Origin: Flavobacteriaceae bacterium
GTDB taxonomy: Bacteria; Bacteroidota; Bacteroidia; Flavobacteriales; Flavobacteriaceae
DNA length: 32,000 nt
NCBI GenBank assembly: GCA_035654775.1
Contig: DASRWB010000009.1
Coordinates: 6,422-38,421, forward strand
Reading direction: 5' to 3'
Positions 17,980 to 25,658 of this stretch are shown piece by piece. Both the position numbers and the translations under genes were made by a program. Position 1 is the first letter of the stretch; each line of letters starts with the position of its first letter. A model generated the notes under the pieces. The model had not been told where the DNA came from. It ran no database searches and was given only the letters and a program-made list of their open reading frames with translations.

Positions 17980-18509
17980 AAGTAGTTTTATTCGGTCCTG
18001 AAAGCACAGGAAAAACCACCCTTTCAATGCAATTGGCACGATATTACCATTCGGTTTGGGTGCCCGAATATGCACGAGAGTATCTTCAGTACAAGTGGAA
18101 TAACTACCGACAAACCTGTAAAAAAGAAGACTTACTACCTATAGCAATTGGGCAAATGCGTTTAGAAAACGAACTGGCAAAAAAAACCGATTCTGTGCTA
18201 ATTTGTGACACCGATTTGCTGGAAACCAAAGTATATTCTGAAACGTATTACAACCAAACCTGCGATTCCTTACTGGAAAAATACGCCCTGCAGAACACTT
18301 ACCATTTATATTTTTTAACCTATATTGACGTGCCTTGGGAAAAGGATGATTTAAGAGATAAACCATTTGAAAGAGAGTATATGTTTCATGCATTCAAACA
18401 AGCATTGGTTGAAACTAAAAAACCCTTTGTCGAACTCCGAGGAAACAAAAAAGAACGTCTGGAAACAGCGGTAAAACACATAGACAAACTATTAAATAAT
18501 AAAGAGTGA
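17940..18509 (+). CDS. Stand-alone NadR-type ribosylnicotinamide kinase-like ATPase
   Basis: 189 aa. It has a Walker A motif (LFGPESTGKTTL), then VPEYAREY, CDTDLLETKVY and PWEKDDLR. These parallel the E. coli NadR C-terminal kinase domain as I remember it (GGESSGKSTL / EYGRDY / IDTDFVTT / PWVADGLR). The only canonical start overlaps pnuC by 40 nt. Confidence 0.7.
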   Translation: MESLLRQEQANCIKVVLFGPESTGKTTLSMQLARYYHSVWVPEYAREYLQYKWNNYRQTCKKEDLLPIAIGQMRLENELAKKTDSVLICDTDLLETKVYSETYYNQTCDSLLEKYALQNTYHLYFLTYIDVPWEKDDLRDKPFEREYMFHAFKQALVETKKPFVELRGNKKERLETAVKHIDKLLNNKE

Positions 18510-20059
18510 AATTCTCTCAACAAGATATAAATCAAATAAAAAACAAAGGGTTAACGGTAACCAAAGTTAATGCCCAAATAGAATATTTTAAAAAAGGAAT
18601 TGCTTATACTAACCTTGTGACAGCAGCCACGATAAATCAAGGTATTGTAAAACTCAATGAAAAAGAAGAAGAAGACTTTGCTTCTTATTTTAAACAGCAT
18701 AAAGATCAGCTTTCCGTAGTAAAGTTTATTCCTGCTTCCGGAGCAGCCACCCGAATGTTCAAGTTTTTATTTCAGTTTTTAGAAGAGTATAATCCGAAAA
18801 CGGAGTCTATTAATGCTTATATAAACCGAAATAAGGCTAAAGAATTATCTCTATTTTTTGTGGGGTTGGAAAAATTCCCGTTTTACCATCAGGTTTTACA
18901 CGCTGCAAGACAAAGCTACCACAATTATGATGCGCTATCTGATGATGAACAAAAATTTTTGTTTGTAAAAACAATGCTGGATGAAGATAAACTAAACCTC
19001 AGTTACTATCCAAAAGGCTTGTTGCCTTTTCATAAATATAAAGACCACAATGCCTCTGCTTTTGAAGAACACCTTTTTGAAGCAGCACTTTATGCAGCTT
19101 CAGGCAAAACATGCGCATTGCATTTTACCATTTCAGAAAAGCATAAAGACAAATTTGATAACGAATTCAATCGCATTATTGAAGTGGTTACCCGTAAAAC
19201 CAATACCCGTTTTAACATCTCTTTTTCCTATCAAAAAGAAGCGACAGATACCTTAGCCGTAAACACTAAAAATGAACCCTTTAGAGAAGAAAATGGAGCG
19301 CTTCTTTTTCGTCCCTCAGGTCATGGAGCACTTTTAGACAATTTAAATGAAATTGATGCCGACCTTATTTTTATAAAAAACATTGACAATGTTGTGGTTT
19401 TTAAATACGAAGAACAGGTTGCGTTTTATAAAAACATGTTGGCCGGAATCTTATTAAAGCTACAAGAACAAGCCTTTGCCTTTGCCAGACAATTGGAATT
19501 TGAGACAGTTACAGCTACAGATATTGAAACGATTTCCGCTTTTTTAAATACAAAATTAAACGTAGTTATAAGCCCTGATTTTGACAAATTTTCCAGAAAA
19601 CACCAGCGAGATTATTTAATAGAAAAAATAAACCGCCCAATTCGGGTTTGCGGGATGGTTAAAAATGAAGGAGAACCCGGCGGCGGGCCTTTTTGGGTTA
19701 AAGACCAAAACGATACGATTTCTTTGCAAATAGTAGAATCGGCACAAATAAATAAAAGCCTAAAACACCAAAAAGAAATTCTAAAAAATGCTACACATTT
19801 TAACCCGGTAGATATCGTTTGTGGGGTAAAAAATTTTAAGGGTGAAAAATTTAATCTTCAGGAATTTGTGGACCACGACACGGCTTTTATTACCATGAAA
19901 ACCAAAGTAGGGAAAGAGATAAAAGCACTGGAATTGCCAGGGCTGTGGAACGGCAGTATGGCTTTTTGGAATACCGTTTTTGTAGAAGTACCATTAATTA
20001 CTTTTAATCCGGTAAAAACAGTAAACGACCTACTAAAAGATCCGCATCAAGTCAAATAA
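18506..20059 (+). CDS. DUF4301-like protein with UDPGP-type nucleotidyltransferase-like motifs
   Basis: 517 aa. The GTG start overlaps the upstream TGA as GTGA. The motifs IPASGAATRMF, FRPSGHGALLDNL and, ~19 aa further on, FIKNIDNVV resemble the UTP-glucose-1-phosphate uridylyltransferase family (GG.GT.MG, P.GHGD, N.DNL) in both order and spacing. The DUF4301 label is from memory. Confidence 0.6.
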   Translation: MKFSQQDINQIKNKGLTVTKVNAQIEYFKKGIAYTNLVTAATINQGIVKLNEKEEEDFASYFKQHKDQLSVVKFIPASGAATRMFKFLFQFLEEYNPKTESINAYINRNKAKELSLFFVGLEKFPFYHQVLHAARQSYHNYDALSDDEQKFLFVKTMLDEDKLNLSYYPKGLLPFHKYKDHNASAFEEHLFEAALYAASGKTCALHFTISEKHKDKFDNEFNRIIEVVTRKTNTRFNISFSYQKEATDTLAVNTKNEPFREENGALLFRPSGHGALLDNLNEIDADLIFIKNIDNVVVFKYEEQVAFYKNMLAGILLKLQEQAFAFARQLEFETVTATDIETISAFLNTKLNVVISPDFDKFSRKHQRDYLIEKINRPIRVCGMVKNEGEPGGGPFWVKDQNDTISLQIVESAQINKSLKHQKEILKNATHFNPVDIVCGVKNFKGEKFNLQEFVDHDTAFITMKTKVGKEIKALELPGLWNGSMAFWNTVFVEVPLITFNPVKTVNDLLKDPHQVK

Positions 20060-20061
20060 AA

Positions 20062-20466
20062 ATGGATGAAGCCGCGCTACTTAAAGAATTGCATTTTACA
20101 GCTACCCGAAGTTCCGGAAGTGGCGGACAACATGTTAATAAAGTATCTTCCAAAGTTGAGCTTCAGTTTAATATACACGCTTCCCAAATTTTTTCAGAAG
20201 AACAAAAACAACAACTTTTAAGCGAACTTCAATCGAAACTTACCAAAGACAAGGTTTTAATTTTACGCTGCGACCAAACCCGAAGTCAGCATAAAAACAA
20301 AGAAATTGTAATTGACCGTTTTTTCAGCCTACTGGCAGAAGCCTTAAAAGTTGAACCGGAAAGAAAACCTACCAAAGTACCTAAACACATAAAAATAAAA
20401 CGATTAAAACAAAAACGCCAACACGCCGAAAAAAAGTCAAGCCGAAAACCACCAAAAATGGAGTAA
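20062..20466 (+). CDS. arfB: Alternative ribosome-rescue factor ArfB (peptidyl-tRNA hydrolase, RF-1 domain)
   Basis: 134 aa. It has the GGQ motif (SGSGGQHVNKVSSKVEL) and a basic C-terminal tail (KIKRLKQKRQHAEKKSSRKPPK). Confidence 0.9.
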   Translation: MDEAALLKELHFTATRSSGSGGQHVNKVSSKVELQFNIHASQIFSEEQKQQLLSELQSKLTKDKVLILRCDQTRSQHKNKEIVIDRFFSLLAEALKVEPERKPTKVPKHIKIKRLKQKRQHAEKKSSRKPPKME

Positions 20467-20494
20467 AAAATAGCGGGAATTGGTCTATAATTCT

Positions 20495-20502
20495 TAATTT
20501 TG
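20495..20502 (+). promoter_or_regulatory. -7 promoter box (TAATTTTG) upstream of the TPP riboswitch
   Basis: Exact TAnnTTTG match ~10 nt upstream of the aptamer. Confidence 0.45.
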
Positions 20503-20507
20503 TGTCG

Positions 20508-20588
20508 TTCTCAAAAAAGGGGTGCCAAAAATAGGCTGAGATCATACCCATTGAACCTAGAACAGGTAATGCTGTTTAGGAATATATA
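20508..20588 (+). promoter_or_regulatory. TPP (thiamine pyrophosphate, THI-box) riboswitch aptamer
   Basis: aggggtgcc-aaaaat-aggctgaga-tcat-acccattgaacctag-aacaggtaatgctgtt-taggaa follows the conserved GGGGUGC...GCUGAGA...ACCC.UUGAACCUGA...stem-loop...AGGGAA core order. It lies ~105 nt upstream of a TonB-dependent receptor gene. Confidence 0.85.
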
Positions 20589-20694
20589 AAAATCTAAATT
20601 TAAGATTGTGCAAAACCCAATTTAGCACAACCTTCAAAAGTAAATTTTAACAAAGAATAATCACCTCTTTTTATTCGCTAAATATTTTTATCGA

Positions 20695-22944
20695 ATGAAA
20701 ACTTTATCTAAACTCTGCTGGATTGTATTAGTAACAACCACCGTTTTTTCTCAGGAAAAGCAAACAGACTCCACTCAGGTTGAACAATTGAAAGAAGTAC
20801 TGCTATCCGCAACACGCGCAAAAGACAAAACGCCGGTTGCTTTTTCTACCATTACCAAAAAAGAACTGGAAGCCCTAAATTTAGGTCAGGACTTGCCTAT
20901 ACTTTTGGACCAAATGCCATCGGTAGTTACCACCAGCGATGCCGGTGCCGGAGTAGGGTATACCGGTATCAGAGTAAGAGGCTCTGATGCCACGCGGGTG
21001 AATGTTACTATTAACGGAATACCCTATAACGATGCGGAAAGTCAAGGTACTTTCTGGGTTAATATGCCGGATTTTGTTTCTTCAGTAGAAGACATTCAGT
21101 TGCAACGTGGCGTGGGAACCAGCACAAACGGTTCCGGTGCTTTTGGAGCCAGTTTAAATTTAAAAACGCTGGAGCCCTCGAAAAAAAGTTATGCAACCAC
21201 CACACATGCCGTCGGTTCGTTTGGCACAAGAAAGCACAACATCAGTTTTGGTTCCGGACTTAAAAATAACTTTTATGTAGAAGGACGCTTATCTAAAATA
21301 CAAAGTGACGGCTATATAGACAGAGCTTCATCCAGGCTGTCATCCTTTTATTCTGAAGTAGGTTATTTAACTGAGAAAACAGCGGTGAAAGCCATTGTTT
21401 TTGGAGGAAAAGAAATAACCTATCAATCCTGGTATGGAACTCCTGAAGCCGTAGTAAATGGTGATTTAGAAGGTATTCAGGCATATATAGACCGAAATTA
21501 TTTGTCTGAAGACGAAGCTGAAAACCTGTTAAATTCCGGACGAACCTATAACTATTATACTTATGACAATGAAGTTGATCATTATGAACAAACACATTAT
21601 CAGTTTCATGTTTCGCATCAGATAAACCCGTTTATCACGGCCAACGTATCGGCAAATTTTACCCGGGGAAAAGGATATTTTGAGCAGTTTAAAAGCGATG
21701 AAGAAGTAGGTGATTATTTCCCAAACAATGATAATGCCAATGCCGAAGGCGATGTAATCCGACGTCGCTGGCTGGACAATGATTTTTGGGCGTTTGTATA
21801 TTCATTAAATTACAATAAAAACAACCTAAACTTGTATTTAGGCGGTGGATATAATACCTATTCCGGCGATCATTTTGGAGAGCTGATTTGGGATTCGTTT
21901 CCGGTTGCTATTCCTGTTCGAAGTAATTACTACAACAGTATTGGAGAAAAGCACGACTTTAATACCTACCTGAAAGCCGAATATTCAATAAACAACCACT
22001 GGTTTGTTTTTGCCGATATGCAATTCCGAAAAGTAACTTATGAATCTTATGGTACGGGTTCAGAATTACAGGCTATTGATGTAAACGAAAAGTATAATTT
22101 CTTCAATCCTAAATTTGGAATTACGTATTCCATTACTAATTACAACCAAGTTTATGGTTCAGTAGCTGTGGCCAATAGAGAGCCTAATCGAGACGATTTA
22201 ACCAAAAATCCTGTAACACCCAAACCCGAACGGTTGGTAGATTTTGAGTTTGGGTATAAATGGCGAACACCACAATATTATGCCATTGCAAACCTTTACT
22301 ATATGCAGTATAAAGACCAGTTGGTACTAACCGGAGATTTAGACGATGTAGGCGACGCCATAAGACAAAATGTAGCGGATAGTTATCGAGCAGGCATTGA
22401 GTTGCAGGCAGGCTATAAATTTTCAGAAAGAGTAAGAGTAGATGCCAACGCTACCTTTAGTCAAAATAAAATTAAAAAATTCAATTATGTTGTGTACGAT
22501 ACACAGTATGATGCTGACACTTTTGAAACGGTTTCCTATGAAGCCGTAGTGACACCATATACCGATACGGATATTTCATTTTCGCCCTCGGTTATTGCCG
22601 GAGGAATTATTGCGTATTCGCCTGTTAAAGATTTGCGCCTTAGCCTGATTTCAAAATATGTAGGAAAGCAATATTTGGACAATACCTCGAGCGAACGAAA
22701 AAAAATAGACCCCTATTTTGTGAATCATTTTAATGCTTCTTTTGTGTTATACCCTAAATGGATAAATGAAATAGCCGTTAACCTGTTGGTGAATAATGTT
22801 TTTAATAGCAAATATGTGTCAAACGGATACACCTACAGTTATTACTACAGGCCACAAGGCTCAACGGATGACGCCATAACGGAAAATTTTTATTATCCGC
22901 AGGCTACAACAAATTTTTTACTGGGAGCTACATTTAAATTTTAA
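20695..22944 (+). CDS. TonB-dependent outer-membrane receptor, probably thiamine-related given the riboswitch
   Basis: 749 aa. It has a signal peptide, a plug region (LKEVLLSATRAKDKTPVAFSTI..., GIRVRGSDATRVNVTINGIPYND) and a beta-barrel ending in a C-terminal aromatic residue (...LLGATFKF). Confidence 0.9.
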   Translation: MKTLSKLCWIVLVTTTVFSQEKQTDSTQVEQLKEVLLSATRAKDKTPVAFSTITKKELEALNLGQDLPILLDQMPSVVTTSDAGAGVGYTGIRVRGSDATRVNVTINGIPYNDAESQGTFWVNMPDFVSSVEDIQLQRGVGTSTNGSGAFGASLNLKTLEPSKKSYATTTHAVGSFGTRKHNISFGSGLKNNFYVEGRLSKIQSDGYIDRASSRLSSFYSEVGYLTEKTAVKAIVFGGKEITYQSWYGTPEAVVNGDLEGIQAYIDRNYLSEDEAENLLNSGRTYNYYTYDNEVDHYEQTHYQFHVSHQINPFITANVSANFTRGKGYFEQFKSDEEVGDYFPNNDNANAEGDVIRRRWLDNDFWAFVYSLNYNKNNLNLYLGGGYNTYSGDHFGELIWDSFPVAIPVRSNYYNSIGEKHDFNTYLKAEYSINNHWFVFADMQFRKVTYESYGTGSELQAIDVNEKYNFFNPKFGITYSITNYNQVYGSVAVANREPNRDDLTKNPVTPKPERLVDFEFGYKWRTPQYYAIANLYYMQYKDQLVLTGDLDDVGDAIRQNVADSYRAGIELQAGYKFSERVRVDANATFSQNKIKKFNYVVYDTQYDADTFETVSYEAVVTPYTDTDISFSPSVIAGGIIAYSPVKDLRLSLISKYVGKQYLDNTSSERKKIDPYFVNHFNASFVLYPKWINEIAVNLLVNNVFNSKYVSNGYTYSYYYRPQGSTDDAITENFYYPQATTNFLLGATFKF

Positions 22945-23554
22945 TAGAAGGTTTTTGAGTATTTTCGGCATAATTATGGAAAAACCGTAATGCACTTTTT
23001 GTTTTTTTGAAAAAACACCCATTTTTTAATAAAAAAACGATGGGTATTTTTTTTACATTTATGGAGTTCAACGTGGCGTTTTGCTTCAGTCTAGGCAAAA
23101 TAAAACTGAGAATACAAGTTGCAACTCACCAGCGCTGGTTTTTTATTCTCCCAAGCAATCAATAGCGCTGTAAAATGATAGACTGCATTTTATACCCATA
23201 GACTGATAGACTAAAATTTTAGACTGGATTAGAATATTTTTTATGTTTAACGAAAGTTAGGGTTAATTTTAAAGATATAATGATTAAAAATGGATGCTAA
23301 TAGGTTAACTAAAATATCTTCAAAAGAAATCCTATTCATACTTTTAGTAGGATCATTGACTTTTTTAGGCTTTGAGATAGCGAATATTATTAAAGATGGT
23401 TTTATGAGGGTATGATTTATTTATACAAATAAGTAACACAATTGGATGGATATTTTTATCTATTTACTTTTTTTATTTCTTTAGGCGTAAGAGTAAAAAA
23501 GGCGTTTAAAATGAAACAGATTTGTATATTGTTATAATTGCGGTTTAAACCATT

Positions 23555-24478
23555 ATGAAAACAAGCATACTTTTAGTTATAGGAATAAGCTGTAGTTTTT
23601 TTTCATTTTCTCAATCTATAATTGTGCTCGACTCTGTTACAAAAGAAGCTGTTCCTTTTACGGCAATAAAAACAGGCAAAAACACAGGGTTTTATACCAG
23701 TGTAAAAGGTGTTTTACAAAAGCATCTAATACATAATGTAATGGATACAATACACCTTAGCGCCATAGGGTATAAAGAAAAAAAATATGTGTTACAAAAC
23801 AGCAAACAAAACGATACCCTATGGCTTGTTCCTAAAATAGAGCAATTAAACGAAGTTTTAGTTTCAGCAACCAAATATAAAGTAACAACTTTGGGCTATG
23901 CTAATAAAAAGCAAAGATTGACGTGGAACATCAATCAAAAAAGTAAACTGGCCACCTTGCTAAAACCTCAAAAGCAAATAGGACGCAATAAAATAAAAAG
24001 TATTCGTATTCCTATTGACAAACAAAGAATGCGTAAAACCAAAGAAGGCTGGAATAAACACACTGAAAAATTCAGCAGTGTTTTTAGGCTGCATGTATAT
24101 AGTGTGAAAGCAGAATTGCCTGATAAAAATGTATTGTCTAAACCGCTGTTGATTTATTGCAATGACGACGCGGACGATATATTAAATATTGATATTTCTG
24201 AAGAGCATATTGAATTTAAACAAGAAGGTATATTTCTTATACTTGAGATGATTGGCGAATTAGATACAAACCAAAATATTGTTAATGTTGAAAATCCCTT
24301 ACCGGGATTTAAGTTTACAAATAAAAAGACAAAGGATTTTGTTTCCAAGTCTTTTTATAAATCGGTGTTTACAGATGATGATTGGAAGAACATCAAAGAA
24401 GATCGGCATTTCTCCTTTTTAGGAGCAAACAACTTTAATCTTGCCATTGGGTTGGTATTGAATCTATACGAAGACTAA
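23555..24478 (+). CDS. Secreted protein with an N-terminal carboxypeptidase-regulatory-like domain, function unknown
   Basis: 307 aa. It has a signal peptide (MKTSILLVIGISCSFFSFSQ) and a CarboxypepD_reg-like beta-sandwich pattern (IIVLDSVTKEAVPFTAIKT...IHLSAIGYKEKKYVL). The segment EQLNEVLVSATK parallels the start of the neighbouring TonB-dependent receptor's plug, but no barrel follows. Confidence 0.5.
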   Translation: MKTSILLVIGISCSFFSFSQSIIVLDSVTKEAVPFTAIKTGKNTGFYTSVKGVLQKHLIHNVMDTIHLSAIGYKEKKYVLQNSKQNDTLWLVPKIEQLNEVLVSATKYKVTTLGYANKKQRLTWNINQKSKLATLLKPQKQIGRNKIKSIRIPIDKQRMRKTKEGWNKHTEKFSSVFRLHVYSVKAELPDKNVLSKPLLIYCNDDADDILNIDISEEHIEFKQEGIFLILEMIGELDTNQNIVNVENPLPGFKFTNKKTKDFVSKSFYKSVFTDDDWKNIKEDRHFSFLGANNFNLAIGLVLNLYED

Positions 24479-24924
24479 TTGTTAAAAACCCTGATAATAT
24501 TTCCGTTAACTTCTACAAAGTAACGCTTTAACGGATATTCGCCTACCGTGCCTTCTACAGGTAGTCCGTTTAAAATTTCGTAGGTGTTTTCATCTTCACA
24601 ATTGCAGGTCACATGAATACCGGTAACCGTAAGGTTAGAACAATTCCGAAATTGATGGTTTGGGTCGGTAAGTTCAAAGGCACTGTAAAGGTTGTTTCCG
24701 GCATAGTACAAAACAAATCCGTTTACACCAAAACCTCCATTTACTACCGTAATGTAGTTTCCAGCAAGCAGTAAATTGCTGTATTGCGGCAAATTGGTGT
24801 TTATAAGCAATCCGGTGTCAAAAGTGTAATCGGGAATATTAGGGTTATCATTGTTAATATCGTCACTGTTACCACATCCGCTATACATCAAGGCACCTAA
24901 AACCATTAAAACAAGGTGTTTCAT
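24475..24924 (-). CDS. Small lipoprotein, function unknown
   Basis: 149 aa with a lipobox (LMYSGC|GNSDD). Its stop codon overlaps the stop of the convergent 307-aa gene (CTAA at 24475-24478). Confidence 0.55.
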   Translation of the reverse strand: MKHLVLMVLGALMYSGCGNSDDINNDNPNIPDYTFDTGLLINTNLPQYSNLLLAGNYITVVNGGFGVNGFVLYYAGNNLYSAFELTDPNHQFRNCSNLTVTGIHVTCNCEDENTYEILNGLPVEGTVGEYPLKRYFVEVNGNIIRVFNN

Positions 24925-24980
24925 TACGCAAAATTTTTAGTGCAATTTACAACAAAAAGCCATGTAAATTAAATATTTTG

Positions 24981-24988
24981 TATATTTG
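24981..24988 (+). promoter_or_regulatory. -7 promoter box (TATATTTG) for greA
   Basis: Exact TAnnTTTG match 107 nt upstream of the greA ATG. Confidence 0.5.
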
Positions 24989-24994
24989 CGGTAC

Positions 24995-25018
24995 AATCTC
25001 GTGCGAGCGGGATTTTTT
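24995..25018 (+). terminator. Promoter-proximal terminator-like hairpin in the greA leader
   Basis: aatctcg (24995-25001) pairs with cgggatt (25008-25014) as 7 bp including one G-U, with loop tgcgag. The stem's last two T residues run into tttt (25013-25018). Confidence 0.45.
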
Positions 25019-25094
25019 CGTTTAGGTAATCCTGAAAATAAACTTCGGGATAATTTACAGCCGGACGGTAATGCAAAATTAAAACAATGAAGTT

Positions 25095-25568
25095 ATGAGT
25101 AACGTATCATACTACACAGCAGAGGGATTAAAAAAATTAAGAGACGAGCTAAACTATTTAAAAGATGTGGAGCGTCCCAAGGCTTCACAAGCTATAGCAG
25201 ATGCCAGAGACAAAGGCGATTTAAGTGAAAATGCAGAATACGACGCCGCAAAAGAAGCCCAAGGACTTTTGGAAATGAAAATAGCCAAAATGGAAGAAAC
25301 GCTTTCTAATGCCCGATTGATTGACGAGTCGCAACTGGATACCTCAAAAGTTTTGGTGCTTTCTAAAGTCAAAATAAAAAACCAGACCAACGGCATGCAA
25401 ATGGCATACACATTAGTAGCCGAAAGTGAAGCCAATTTGGCTGCCGGAAAAATTTCGGTAAGTTCGCCTATAGGCAAAGGATTGCTGGGTAAAAAAGTAG
25501 GTGATGTAGCCGAAATTAAAGTGCCGAACGGCATCATGAAGTTTGAAATTCTGGAAATTTCAAGATAA
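25095..25568 (+). CDS. greA: Transcription elongation factor GreA
   Basis: 157 aa. The sequence (YYTAEGLKKLRDELNYLKDVERPKASQAIADARDKGDLSENAEYDAAKEAQ...SPIGKGLLGKKVGDV) is canonical GreA. Confidence 0.95.
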   Translation: MSNVSYYTAEGLKKLRDELNYLKDVERPKASQAIADARDKGDLSENAEYDAAKEAQGLLEMKIAKMEETLSNARLIDESQLDTSKVLVLSKVKIKNQTNGMQMAYTLVAESEANLAAGKISVSSPIGKGLLGKKVGDVAEIKVPNGIMKFEILEISR

Positions 25569-25591
25569 AGTTTTAAGAAGCTAAGAGTTTA

Positions 25592-25630
25592 AAAATTCCT
25601 GTTCTTTCACAAGGCAGGAATTTTATTTTT
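25592..25630 (+). terminator. Intrinsic terminator after greA
   Basis: Stem aaaattcctg (25592-25601) pairs with caggaatttt (25615-25624). The tract ttttattttt follows. Confidence 0.75.
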
Positions 25631-25658
25631 ATATTTACTAAAACTATCACCAAAATAT

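Noticed and set aside
20655-20675. tcacctcttt, resembling the 16S rRNA 3' end (anti-Shine-Dalgarno, TCACCTCCTT)
   Set aside because: It is an isolated 10-mer with no flanking rRNA-like sequence. Its complementarity to the riboswitch 5' strand, reported as part of the riboswitch finding, is a better explanation.
23060-23150. Possible tRNA or tRNA fragment (ggagttcaac... near 23062)
   Set aside because: There is no GGTTCGAATCC-type T-arm, no cloverleaf that I could fold by eye, and no anticodon stem-loop. I retained it only as an unclassified structured element.
23290-23415. 41-codon ORF (MDANRLTKISSKEILFILLVGSLTFLGFEIANIIKDGFMRV) with one hydrophobic helix in the large intergenic gap
   Set aside because: It could be a real small membrane protein, but I have no supporting evidence. 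There is no promoter box or terminator and I cannot assess conservation. In AT-rich DNA, ORFs of this length arise by chance. A tblastn conservation test would be worthwhile, but it does not merit an annotated feature.
25154-25537. 127-aa minus-strand ORF inside greA, with similar antisense ORFs inside rng (7596-7933), gldE (10540-11580), ahcY (15435-15617), the TonB-dependent receptor (21293-21595) and others
   Set aside because: All lie entirely within confidently identified genes on the opposite strand and have no recognisable motifs. They are typical shadow ORFs.
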